64,000 nucleotides of DNA from Carcharhinus longimanus (GCA_030264375.1 JASCQW010000190.1:35696279-35760278), one strand, 5' to 3'; numbered from the stretch's first letter, positions 51,400 through 63,862 are shown. The notes: generated from the letters alone by a model not told the origin. Numbers and translations: made by a program.

Positions 51400-52480
51400 T
51401 AAATGTGCTATTTTTCAAAGGACAATGGCTGCCATGAGTTATTGTCTACCTTGATAATTGGTTCAACAGAAGCTGGACACCCACCTAACTTAGAGGAGGT
51501 GCTGAAGAAATTTCAAGAGGCTGGAGTTTGTCTGAAGAAGGAGAAATATACTTTTGAAGTCACTGAGGCAGTCTACTTGGGGTAACGGTAATGATGCACA
51601 AGGATTACACCCCATGGAAGACAAGGACAAGGCCATAAGGGAGACACCAGCCTCGTGAATCTGAGTTCAAGTCATTTTTAGAAACGGTGAATTACAATGG
51701 GTGTTTTTTACAGAATTTGACGGCGTTATTGAATATGCTGCTAAAGAGGCATTAGCATTGGTTTTGGAAGATGTCCCAGAGAGGAGCTTTTAACATGTAA
51801 AGCAATTGCTGCGTTCTTTAAACTTGTTGGTACATTTCAACCCGTCTAAGAAACTGGTGTTAACCTGTGATGCTCCTCCATATGGCTTTGGTGTGGAGTT
51901 GTCCCATGAAATGGATGATGGATCTGAAAGGTCAATAGGATATGTCTTGAAAACCTTCTCAAAAGCCGCAAAAAGGCTACTCATAAATTGAGAAAGAAGG
52001 ATTATCAGTAGTTTTTGGTGTCAAGATATTCCACCAGTATTTGTACAGCAGGCACTTTAGCATTGTTTCTAATCACACACCACTTTTGGGTTTTCTAAAG
52101 AAGACAAGGCTATTCTTCCCATCGCAAGGGCAAGAATTCAGCATGGGTGTTAATCCCCTCTGCCTACGAATATACCTTTAAGCATCAGCCCAGAACACAC
52201 ATTGTGATTGCGGGTGCACTTAGTTACTCACCATTGCAAGTGGCTGTTGCACCTCCCCTGGTGAAATTGTCACGATGTTGAATTTCTTGGGCACGTTGTC
52301 AGTCTTGGCAAAACAGATCAATTAATGGCCCAGTTCTGTCCAAAGTGAGGCACAGGATACTAGTGAGTTGGGTTAATGAGCCAGGTTCTGAAGAGATGAA
52401 ACCATATTTTAAATGAAAAGATGAGTTGAGTTGTCAAGATGATATCATTCTCTGGGGAGCAAGAGTAGTCATCCCTGACT
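51400..52480 (+). mobile_element. Gypsy/Ty3 pol pseudogene (RT and RNase H)
   Basis: 'NLEEVLKKFQEAGVCLKKEKYTF..VYLG' and 'LVHFNPSKKLVLTCDAPPYGFGVELSH..ERSIGY'; stops and frameshifts. Confidence 0.88.
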
Positions 52481-52719
52481 GCGTACCACTATGCCCTCAC
52501 CTCTGCTGGGTCTGTTTTGACACAGGGACTGAGATGTTTGGCTTTCAACAACCATAAACATCATCCTTTGTGCAACAAACAATGGTGATTGCCAACTCCA
52601 TCTCCCCGCCCCTCCCCCCCCAGCCAAGTTCTATTGCCCGTGTCCCAAATATTCTGTATGATCAATCAAGAACAATATTTTGTATTTATAAAGTATCCTT
52701 AATGGGAAAAAAAGTCATG

Positions 52720-53080
52720 ACATTCCACAGAGGGGGAAAGAGAATAGATAGAAGGAATTAAGGATCAGATCAAGAAGGTTGACTCGTAGGCAAGTTAGGA
52801 ACTGTGACCCAAAGCTGGATTGAAACTAAATTTTCAGGAAGTGTTAAAAAATGGAGAGGCTGAATGGCATAAGGAGGAGATCCAGACTGCAGTCCTTAGA
52901 TGTTTGAACCTTATCCTATTAATGATGGGGATTATTCAAAACCTCAGCATCCAAAAACCAAATGGGTCAGGAAAGTCCATAATGACGGAGATGGTTCCAG
53001 AAATGATGGGGGATTATAAAAGTGAGGACAAGGAATTTTAATTAAATGTCACCAAGGAGAGTAGGACAGGGCAAGACAGC
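52720..53080 (-). mobile_element. Old L2-like LINE fragment
   Basis: Degenerate similarity only. Confidence 0.4.
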
Positions 53081-53454
53081 AAATCCTAAACCATGTGATT
53101 TGGTTCTACTTTTACAAAAAGAAATGATGAATTTGTAGAAACGCTAAAAAAAGACTTCTTCAGTATTCTGTGATTTGTTCAAATGTCTCTGACTGTCAGG
53201 TAGCTTTCATTGTAGATATTTGTTCTTTTTTAGCACTGTGCTCCAAATCAATGCCTGCAAAGTTCAGCCTATTTAAGCTTCATTACTGGCTGTTTGATGT
53301 TCCAGCAGGCAATTTCTAATGTCTGTTTCATATTCAATATGGATTATCGAGTCCTCCAGCTCACAAAGTGCTGTGTATGGAGTCATCTGGTGAAAAAAAC
53401 GATGTTGCATTTTTTACTGTCAAAGTTTATAAACTGAACGTCGATTAAAAGAAA

Positions 53455-53735
53455 TTAAAGTTTATTTATTACTCAGAAGTAAAGCTTACATTAATGCTGC
53501 AATGAAGTTACTGTGAAATTCTCTCAGCTGCCACACTCCGGCACCTGTTTGGGTCAATGCATCGAACCAGCAATGTCTTTCAGATTGTGGGAGGAAACTG
53601 GAGCATCCGGAGGAAATCCAAGCAGATACAGGGAGAATGTACAAACTTCACACAGACAATGACCCAAGCTGGGGATCAAACTTGGGTCCCTGGCACTGTG
53701 AGGTAGCAGTGCTAACCACTGTCCTACTGTGCCCC
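53455..53735 (-). mobile_element. V-SINE, tail B
   Basis: Canonical reverse complement. Confidence 0.9.
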
Positions 53736-54532
53736 GTATTTAGTTTTAAGAAGGGAAAAAGAAAGGGGCATAACACTCAAAAGCCCTGCGTTATAGAGCT
53801 GCTCGGGATAATCCTTGACCAAAACTACTCCATCTCTTTTCTGCCCATTTTTGCAAAGGTACATTCTAGAAGGAGATGGGCAAAGGTCACTTCCCCTTTA
53901 CAGCTGCCGGGTGGGTGCGGAGACGGTGAGACTCCAAACATACAGGAAGGATCTGACAGAGAGGGCTTTTCTCATCACCAGTCAAGCTAGGCCTTGGTAC
54001 TTGTCTGAAAGCTTGAGCAATGAGGCATTGTTCCAAATGACTTTGATGGTCTGTTCAGGGAACCAACCAACAGGATTCACTGGGTGGAATTTTCTCAGAA
54101 ATCGGTAAAATATTTGGATGGGTTAAGTGGCGTTTAGCCCATTGATGCCAATGGTACCATGGCCTGCCATATTGTGTGGCACTTTGATGAAAATATGTGG
54201 GGTCAGGGGTTTCATGTCTGAGCACTGGCGGGGCTGAACACTGATTCCCCTTCCCTATCATCACACCAAGCTTTTAGTAAGATGAGCACCATTTTTATAG
54301 GGCATCCTGCACTGAGCTAGCTCTTTGAAAAGGATAGGAAGCTTTCAGGAGTTCTGGTCACCAAATGCAAGCCCAAGCATTCAGATTGATGCTTGATGAA
54401 AACTCCACCTACATCTGCCCCACACCACATGACAGAGTGGTGGCAGCTTTGACCACTCAGTTGCTTGCTCTTGACACAAGCACTGGCATTAGCCTAACCT
54501 GAGGTCCCAGGCTGAGCAGTTTGCTTGGACCA

Positions 54533-54851
54533 GTGGCACAGTGGTTAGCACTGCTGCCTCACAGCACCTGGGACCCGGGTTCAATTCTGGCCTCGGATCA
54601 CTGTCTGTGTAGGGTTTGCACATTCTCCCCATGTCTGCATGGGTTTCCTCTGGGTGCTCCAGTTTCCTCCCAATAGTCCAAAGATACGCAGGTTAGATTG
54701 ATTGGCCATGCTAAATTGACCCTAGTATTAGGCGACTAGCAGGGTAAGTATGTGGGGTTATGGGAATAGGGCCTGAGTGGATTGTGGTTGCTGCAGACTC
54801 AGTGGGCCGAATGGCCTCCTTCTGAGCTGTAGGGATTCTATGAATCTATGA
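54533..54851 (+). mobile_element. HE1/V-SINE, tail A
   Basis: Canonical. Confidence 0.93.
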
Positions 54852-55791
54852 GGGTTAATGATCCATGCCTATGTAACAATAATTCTGGACGTTCTAAATA
54901 CCACTCTCAGAAGGTGGTCCATGCCTAGAGGATACTCAAACTTGCCCAATTGCCCAATGGTTCTGCAGCCCCATAAGTTGATTCTGAAGCCTGCAGACTA
55001 GGAGTTAAGACTGCAGGAGAAATTGTTGGCACTCTGAGGAATTAGTATTGCTTGATTGGGCTTAAATTGCTTCAGAAGCCAGGCTCCAAGCATGACAGTG
55101 GAGAGATAATGAACTGTCTCAGCTGTGGAAGAATGCTCAATCTTGAAGTGCTTTGCCAATTGCACGCACAATTGCACCCCCTGCCCCCCTCAAACGCCCA
55201 CTCTGTACTGCTGTGCTCGCTCTCAAGTCCCCTTCTCTCTCTTCTCTCTTGCACTGCTCTCATTGTCCCAGCAACACAGACCTGCCATGAAGAAGTTGTT
55301 GTGGAGACCTGTCCCTGCTCCCACCAATCCTGGATGCGTGGAGCTTGCATTGGGATCCTGTGAACTCTGCACTAAGGTCTGTGCACTAATCTCTGAATTC
55401 CCTTTGAAGTTCAGGTCGGCAAGTGTGTGCCTTTTGAATCGAGTTGTAAATGCACCTTTCTGAAATCATGCTGATGTGGGATTTAAATTTGACACGGGGG
55501 AATGATTCAGGTGTGTGTCCACAATAATAAGGTGCAGACTTGTTAAAATTAAGTTCCTGACATTTGGCAGAGGCAAATGCAGCCCACCATTAAAGGGGGG
55601 AGGGGACAGTTTTTTTCCTGCAGGATCTCGAAGACAGGACATGTGAACTGTTGGCTGATGGACTCTTGATTAAAGGGTTTGTTTCTGCACGTATTGCAAG
55701 GTCCAACAGAATGGAGCATTCCCCAGCAATGTGATCACACCCATCCTTCACAACACTGGGGAAAATGGAACTTAATCACATATTGATACTT

Positions 55792-56870
55792 GGGCTAGAA
55801 TTTTACTGCCCTGCCTGCCCACCATGGGAATGGTAGCGGGTGAAGGGCGGACAATGGGAAGGTCCGTTGACCTCGGGCAGGATTTTACAGTTTGGGATGA
55901 GCAAGGCCATTCAAATCCCACAGTTAGTGTTGGCACAGCCTTTTGCAACTGCAAATACATCCTTCTTAGATAGCCAGTGGAACTTTTTGTGTTTTGCACA
56001 GAGTGCTGGCCGAGGCGAGAGAACTGGTGTGCAGCTCAACAGCTGTAAGGTCGACCTTTCTCACCACATTGTGCAGCACCCTCTGCAAAAAACCCCTCTG
56101 CTGGGAAGGGTCGGGGGGGGGGGGGGGGTGCATGGAAACAGCAATAATGGGAATCACAGGCACCCCAATTACCAATTTAAAAAAATGTACACTCGGGCCC
56201 TTCCCCATACACACAAGGAAAATTGTAATGACTTCAATCAGGCCATTGAAGTTAGCCTATTGGAATACAAACTCTCTGATTAAGGAGCCAATTGATGGGC
56301 CAATCAGGGAGACTTTTCCTTTCTATATAACCAGGAGAGTCAGTTCCCCTTCCATCGCGGACTGACAGCACTCTGTATACTACTGTTGGAATTGTAAATG
56401 AAGAAATTCTGGTGAAGGGACATCTGCCTCCATGAACTTATTACAAAAAATTCCCCCTCCTGGACATGAAAACACCCCCCACTCCTCACCGATAAGGGGA
56501 ACCCTCCAATAGAGCTCCACAGAGGGANNNNNNNNNNCCCCCGGCACCCTGGCATTAACCTGTGCACCCTCTGCCCCCCGCCCCCCTCCTCCCAGCTGAT
56601 ACTGTCTGCCTATTTGCCATCCTTTAAAAACCTGTTGTAATCCTTACTGGGTAAGATCCCAATATAAGGGGACGATATGCCAGGGAAGCCTTTTAATGAC
56701 ATTATAATTTATTTAAATGAGGTTCCTGTCCTTCCTGGGTGGGAACCTCATTATGTCACCGGGGGGAAAGGGGTGCAGGAAAAATCTGAAAACAAGATAT
56801 CACCGGCAAGATTCACCTTTTCTGACTCGCAAATACCCAGTCAGCAGGTGGTATGAGGCTAATGCAAAAT
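55792..56870. mobile_element. GGGC..-type non-autonomous element with nested solo LTR
   Basis: Starts GGGCTAGAATTTTAC; G-rich then C-rich halves. Confidence 0.5.
56224..56445 (+). mobile_element. Short Gypsy-type solo LTR (222 bp)
   Basis: Perfect TGTAAT..ATTACA termini, two CCAAT boxes, CTATATAA, degenerate polyA signal. Confidence 0.72.
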
Positions 56871-56891
56871 CTCTCACTATAACACTTGTCA

Positions 56892-57435
56892 TGATGTGGA
56901 GATGCTGGTGTTGGACTGGGGTGGGCACAGTAAGAAGTCTCACACCACCAGATTAAAGTCCAATAGGTTTATTTGGGAGCACAAGCTTTCAGAGCGCTGC
57001 TCCTTCATTCTGGTGACTGGAGAGTTGGGTTCACAAGCAAGGAATATATAGACACAGGTAATCAAGTCTTTACAGCTGCAGACAATGCGAGTGGAGAGAG
57101 GGTTAAGCACAGGTTAAAGAGGTGTGAATTGTCACAAGCCAGGACAGTTATTAAGATTTCGCAAGCCCAGGCCAAATGGTTACAGATAGTGCGACATGAA
57201 TCCGAGATCCTGGTTGACGCCCTCCTCATGTGTGTGGAACTTGGCTATCAGTTTCTGCTCAGCCATTCTGCGTTGTGTGTCTTGAAGGCTGCCTTGGAGA
57301 AGGCTTACCCGAAGATCGGAAGCTGAACGCCCTTGGCTGCTGAAGTGCTCCCCAACAGGAAGGGAACACTCCTGCCTGGTGATTGTCGAGCGGTGTCCAT
57401 TCATCCATCGTCGTAGCGTCTGCATGGTGTTGCCG
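56892..57435 (-). mobile_element. 5'-truncated Penelope-like element (GIY-YIG C-terminus and pseudo-LTR), 13-bp TSD
   Basis: ORF 57180-57449 'IGNTMQTLRRWMNGHRSTI..PVGEHFS..RRMAEQKLIAKFHTHEEGVN'; ATAACACTTGTCA at 56879-56891 and 57436-57448. Confidence 0.9.
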
Positions 57436-58359
57436 ATAACACTTGTCACTAATATTTGGTTTGTAGCACTAAATCTTTTTTGTTAAAACTTTAAAAATTT
57501 CCTGCAGAAGATCAGTAACTTCTTACATCTTGTTAAAAAAAATCTAAATTGAATTAAAACATCTTACTGCTTTAAGCAACAAACGTGCCTAGCATAGTAC
57601 AGTGAAATGAAGTCCAGTGTGGTACATGGGATAGGACAGATCATTGATATAAACCTGTTGTCTCCTGTAAATTATTCAGATTGCTGCAGGCACTTTCTTT
57701 GCTCAGAATTATAATGATTTTTCTCTTGTTGCCTTTTAAAGATCGCTTGCTTGCTACATTTGGCATGCGTGGTCTGCGACCGATTATGTTAAGTGCTGTC
57801 TTCTGGTAGTACTGGGATCGGGAACATTCCGGGGACTTCAGCAAAAGTTCTCCTGTGCTTTGAACTTGGTAATTAAAGAGTGTTTTGGCCTTAGATGATT
57901 TATACAGCAAAACATCTGCAAGAACAGATCAAATGCTGTAAAACAGAACTAAAGAAATAGACAGAACCACAGGTGATTTCTATTCTCATTCCTGCTTCTT
58001 GGTGTTTCAGGAATGATACCTTAGCTGAAGAGGTTTGAGACCCACATCTACAATTCTTTCAGCCTCTTGAAGTGGCAGCTTTCTTCAGTTTGGAGCTGCT
58101 TTGGAAAAAACCTTCGGAAAATATTTGACTGGGATTGAGACAGTTCCAGAAGAGTACCACACAAATAGAGAAACACTTTCACTCTGGTTCTTGACTTGAT
58201 AAGTAGGATTCTGCAAATGTTTCCTCCCGGATTTACTTTAAAATAATAACTGTTGTTTTACCATTTTTTCTACCATCTGGAGAGGGGATAAGAGAAATCA
58301 GACATTAGTTTACTAATCCCTGGGGGAAAAATCCTTGCAACTTGCAAAACAAACAAATG

Positions 58360-58500
58360 TGATGTGAGAAAAAGCTTTGCCTGGAATGCACTGCCAGGAA
58401 GTGTGGTGGAGGCATCTGAAAGGGCACCCGAGAGGGCGTTTGATGATAATTTAAATAAAAACAATGCACAAGGGTATGGGGAAAACATAGGAAATAATGC
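58360..58500 (+). mobile_element. CR1 3' fragment
   Basis: 'AWNALPGSVVEA'. Confidence 0.75.
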
Positions 58501-58505
58501 TAATT

Positions 58506-58805
58506 TGGTGGCACGGTCGCACAGTAGTCAGCACTGCTGCCTCACAGCGCCAGGGACACGGGTTCAATTCCTGGCTTAGGTCACTGTCTGTGTAGAGTCT
58601 GCATATTCCCCCCATGTCTGTGTGGGCTTCCGCTGAGTGCTCTGGTTTCCTTCCACAGTCCGAAAGAGGTGTTGGTTAGGCATATTGGCTATACTAAATC
58701 CTCCCATAGTGTACCCAAACGGGCGCTGGACTGTGGCGACTCGGGATTTTCACAGTAACTTCATTGCAGTGTTAATGTAAGCCTACTTATGACACTAATA
58801 AATTA
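58506..58805 (+). mobile_element. V-SINE, tail B
   Basis: Canonical. Confidence 0.9.
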
Positions 58806-58962
58806 ATTAATTTTATGAGCTGTTGCAACACAATGGGCAGAATGGCCTCCTTCTGCCTTATAAGAATTCTGTGATTCTGTATTTTGGTTGAAAAAACAAT
58901 TAATTCACTGCAACAAAAATAAAACATGTTGGAAACATTTAGCAGATCAGGCAGAGAAGATG

Positions 58963-59290
58963 AGGTTGAGAGGAGATTGATAAAGGTGTTCAAATCACGA
59001 TAGTGAGAGATTGTTTGTATTGAAGGAAGATTGGGAATTAGAGGATACCAATGTAAGGTGATTGGTAACTAAATGTAACATGAGGAAGAACTTCTTCTAT
59101 GTAGTGAGCAATTCCGATTTGGAATGCACTGCCAGAGAGTGTGATAGGGCCAGATTCAACTGTGGCCTGCAAAAAGGAATTGGATAATTATCTGAAGCAA
59201 AAATATTTACTAGGCCACAGGAGAAAGACAGAGGAGTGGGATTAGTTAAGTTGCTTTTGCAGCAAGCCATCATGGACAAAAGAGCTTGCA
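58963..59290 (+). mobile_element. CR1 3' fragment
   Basis: 'RLRG(D)LIKVFKI' and 'WNALP' motifs. Confidence 0.75.
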
Positions 59291-59369
59291 CTCCTTAAAG
59301 CCAGCCTGCATTTTTTAAAAAGAAGATATGTTCTGATTGAGAAAGTGTTGGAATTGTCTCGTGAAATAT

Positions 59370-60100
59370 TTCTCACAAGGAATGAAGACTACCAATGGAG
59401 TAGATCAGAGCGGGGATACGGAGTGGTGCTGGAGGCCTTCACCCAGGAGGGAGAAAGAAGGAGGCCCTCAACACAGTATGAAGGGAATGGGAGTGGGTCG
59501 CCATGCAGATTAAGGTTAGGAGTGTGGCCCAAGGCTCTGGATGCAGTGCAGCAAAAAATTCAATAACTTCACATAAGCAGTCAAGGTCAGTGAATAGATC
59601 GTTAAATGTCATCTCCTACTCAGTGTGCCACCAATCACACGCATGTTCAATGCACCAAATCCCCATCACTCACCCATCAACCATTTCTAGAAATCAATTC
59701 ATATGCTTCATCTCACCCTCATACACTTACTAATGCTACAAGTCTCACGTCCTCATCTTACAGTTTCCACATTCTTCCAGATATTCATCTATGACAGTTG
59801 CTCGAACACTTTGCAACACACTCATTGGCACTCTTCCCTCTGACTTGCAGGACAGGTGTCACAGGACAGAATAAGCTGCAAGAGGATGGTGGAGAATAGA
59901 TACACAAAGAACAAAGAACAACACAGCACGGGAAACAGGCCCTTTGGCCCAAGAAGCCTGCACCGCCACCTGCATCTTCTGAGCCCCTTGGAGGAGATGG
60001 TGCCAGAAATGATTGGCACCACAGTCAGTGATGTCCTTGCAACCAACGTCACTGAAACCATCCAGGATGACAGTATGTTCCTGCCTTTGGCACTTCCTGA
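59370..60100 (+). mobile_element. Harbinger-like Myb/SANT gene relic with intron (about 59586-59850)
   Basis: 'MQCSKKFNNFT*AVK|gtcagt' then 'ttgcag|GAC..LSPLEEMV'; CR1 tail inserted at about 59907-59966. Confidence 0.5.
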
Positions 60101-61461
60101 AATCCCACTGCATCTGCATCCTGCTATCTGGTATGATATAAAACCGTAATTGGGATGACCAGAAACATCTTGCTGTCCCCCCACACCTCTTTCAATCATG
60201 CCTATCCTTCCCTTCCACACTTTTGCTTCCTGATACCCAGAACGTATGACAGAGTCAGAATGGGGATATGGTAAATCACTTGGCACAAGAAGGTGCTAGA
60301 TAGGGAAAGGATAGTGTGAGTGCCAGCTCCCTTGAGGGTGAAGACACAAAAGGTTCTGCTACAGAAGACTTGGATAAAGGCGTTGATAGCATACATACAG
60401 GAGAAGACTGAGGGGTTGGGGGGTGGAGGGGAGGTGAGGGAGGGTGGGCTGCCACAGAGATATTGTAGNNNNNNNNNNATCCACAGTACTCCCCTCTAAA
60501 AGGCTTCAAACTTTTACCAACTATGTTGCAGCAATTGGGAAAGCACAAGAGGCCAGATAAAGAAACCTGCAGTGGAACAGGCACTAGAGGAATGTAAAGG
60601 TAAAGAGTTGAGTTTTGGGTGTAATATTTTTGGATGTCTTGGTGGAATTCTTTATGTTGCATTTTATTTCAGGATTTTGGGCTGATGGGCTGGAAGATTC
60701 CAGTCAGGCCTTCATCAGTATCCCCTCAGTGGGGTGCACATTGGTTTCAGGCTCGCCTCTGGCGGGTTTTCCAAACCACTGTTCCGGGCACCAGAATAAG
60801 ATCCCGTGGGAAATTCACAGTGATGTAAAACTGAGTTTTGGATTCCTGCTGACTTCTTCACCTCCCCAGCCCACAACCGAACCTGCTGGCGGGGTGGTGG
60901 GGTGGGGGGCAGGGAAGAATTCAAGTTGCAGTCTTTTCATTAGTGAATTTATTATTTCTTTCCACCATTATGAAACTCTAAATCTTATTTCTTACATGAA
61001 TGAATTGAAAGGTTCCAGTCAAAAGTTGGTTTGTGACTGAATTGGTGTATCAGCTGCATTGATACTTCAGGCAAGGATTGTNNNNNNNNNNCATAAGGGA
61101 GCCACAGCTTCCTGACTGAGCTGAGACACATTTAGACCAAGTAAAGGTTTCACACATCAGTTCCATTTCCTGGCATCCAAATTCCATTTTAATTTAATAT
61201 AAGGAAAGAACCAATGAAGAGATCAACTCCTTACTTTAAAAAATATTTTAAAATCTTCCAGCGTTGACTGCAGATATACTGTGAAACTGTAGTGGTGTGC
61301 GACTTTAAACAAAAGTGAGTATTCTTGTGATTATGGATGAAAATATTTTATATTGTACATATATTATACATTTTTAAACATATGCAATATCTATTTATGT
61401 GTAAGTCTGTATGAAGAATCCTGCATGAATGAGAAAAGTGGACAACTTGTTTTTAAGGGCA

Positions 61462-61745
61462 AAGTTTATTTATTTGTTATTTGCTCGTGTCACAACTAGG
61501 CTTACATTGCAGTGAAGTTACTGTGAAAATTCCCTAGTGGCCACACTCCGGCGCTTGTTCGGATACACTGAAAGAGAATTTGCATGGCCAATGCACCTAA
61601 CCCACACATCTTTGGACTGTGGGAGGAAACTGGAGTAAACCCATGCAGACACAGGGAGAACATGTAAACTCTGCACAGATAGTGATCCAAGCTGGGAATC
61701 GAACTTGGGTCCCTGGCACTGTGAACCACTGTGCCATTGTGTCAT
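61462..61745 (-). mobile_element. V-SINE, tail B
   Basis: Canonical reverse complement. Confidence 0.92.
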
Positions 61746-62351
61746 TCCTAAGTACCAACCAGAGGAGACTTTCCTGGGTTTCTGACTACATGCACATGAT
61801 CTTTGGAGTTAAGCAAATACTAGAAAAGTATGTGGGTTACCTAAAACACATATTCTGTTAATCTTTTTCCTTTTCATCCGGTTTAGGATTTGGCCTGGAC
61901 ACAGATCTAGGAAAAGCTTCTCTATTGTTTATGATTTGCTAACAGTGTGACGAATGTACAGTATTTACCAGTCATTGCATAGCTCCCGATGGGAATATTA
62001 TCAGGAGTTCCTTATCCTGGAATTATCGAAGATATGTTTTTATCAAATTTCTGACTTAAAATTGACCTCACAGCGTGTTTGCGAATGGATTCTAGGTGAA
62101 ACCAGTTTCTGAGCTATAATGGCTGCATTTAGTTTGTGTTATGATCTGAAATTTTCCATACCAATACTCACCACCAGTGCTGGGAGGCTATTACCATATA
62201 TTAACATAAATGGTAATAGAGATGGACTCCTCAAATCGAATGAATTGCAATCCATTGCACCAATGGTAACTTCAGCTTAAATAAAAGTTGTGTTTGTGTT
62301 GTCAGTATAAGCTGATACTCATGGAAAGGGATATTTTGGAGCCTAAACAAG

Positions 62352-62606
62352 AGGTTATTGCAGAAGGTCAGGGGACATGGAGTTGGGGGTAGGGTGTTAG
62401 CGTGGATAGAGGACTGGTTGTCANNNNNNNNNNNNNNNNNNNNNNNNNNNNNNNNNNNNNNNNNNNNNNNNNNNNNNNNNNNNNNNNNNNNNNNNNNNNN
62501 NNNNNNNNNNNNNNNNNNNNNNNGCCATGATCTTATTGAATGGCGGGGCAGGCTCGAAGGGCCAGATGGCCTACTCCTGCTCCTATTTCTTAAGTTCTTA
62601 TGTTCT
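62352..62606 (+). mobile_element. CR1 LINE spanning a 100-N gap
   Basis: 'LQKVRGHGVGGRVLAWIEDWLS' before the gap; CR1 tail after it. Confidence 0.88.
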
Positions 62607-63084
62607 AAAAGCAACAGAAACTTTCAAACAGGAGATTGTCTCTAACAGCCTGAGGGCTTTCGAGACCACCAGAATTGCTTTGACCTTACACACAGCAAGA
62701 GGCTTGGAGCACCAGGTATAGGATTCCCTGTGGATGTTCCCTTGTATGCAATTTAAATCGAAAGAAGGAGAATAAGACAGCATTTGAAAAGTCAGTATCC
62801 TACAAGATATTGCCATCCCCTGTAAATGTTACGGGTCTTGTAAATACTATGAGGACCAATGAAACTTTAGCTCTAGCTGTGTTACAAGAGTGTGCTTCAT
62901 TATAGAGGCTATAGAAGACAAGCAGCCAAGATGATGGGCAGAATCTTCCCCCAGACTTCAGGACCCCAACTGTAGGCGGGCTTCAATGCTGCTGACCAAA
63001 TCAGAGGATTGGAGCAATGGCTGCTCTACCAGGAGAGCTGAACGCTTCTGATGCAGGTCCACAAAGGATATTGGAAATCGGGAA

Positions 63085-63240
63085 CTCTTAATGCCAAAGA
63101 GTTGTGGATGCTGCTTCAACTGACATTTTCAAGATCGAAAATGATAATTTTTCTGTTAAGTAATGGAGTCAAATGATATGAAAGAGAGGAGGATAAATGA
63201 AGTTGAGGTACAGATAAGCCATAATCTAGTAGAACAAGCA
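63085..63240 (+). mobile_element. Old CR1 3' fragment
   Basis: ..GTTGAGGTACAGATAAGCCATAATC. Confidence 0.6.
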
Positions 63241-63729
63241 TAAGAGTCTGTGTGGTCTAGTCTATATTTAGCCAACATTTACACTATATGATTTTGGAAG
63301 TGATGGAGTGTTCCCAGCCGATGCAGAGGCTGCCAATTCAATGGGGATAACTTGCCTGCCACAGGCCACTGGAACTAAAGACTCCACAAAAAGGGGGCTG
63401 CATTGGTGAAAGGCAAACATGGCTGAGCCCAATCCATGGAAGGGCCTTCCTCTTCACCTCAGTTCACCCACAAGGTTCAGATTTTCATGACACTTTTGAA
63501 ATAACTCCTCAGAGGCTGGTGTCCTTTCACCAGATTGCCTTTATTTACAAACACTATTCCCCTCCTAGAGTGCTTCAGGTACAAAGTCAGAATCAGGAGT
63601 GCCGGTGGCCCTGACATTCCCATCTTCATATACAGGCTCCCTGATGGGGCAGGCAATTACAACCTCAATCAGGGAGCTCATACTCCAAGAGCCCAACCTC
63701 ATGGTGCTCATTGAAGTCATTACATGATC

Positions 63730-63862
63730 TGATTTTGATTTGATTTGATTTATTATTGTCAAAATGTATTAACATGCAGTGAAAAGTATTGTTTCTTGCG
63801 TGCTATACAGACAGGCGTACCGTTCATAGAGAAGGAAATGAGAGACTGGAATGTAGTGTTAC
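63730..63862 (-). mobile_element. Rex1/Babar 3' tail
   Basis: (TTTGA)n followed by the conserved tail. Confidence 0.85.
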
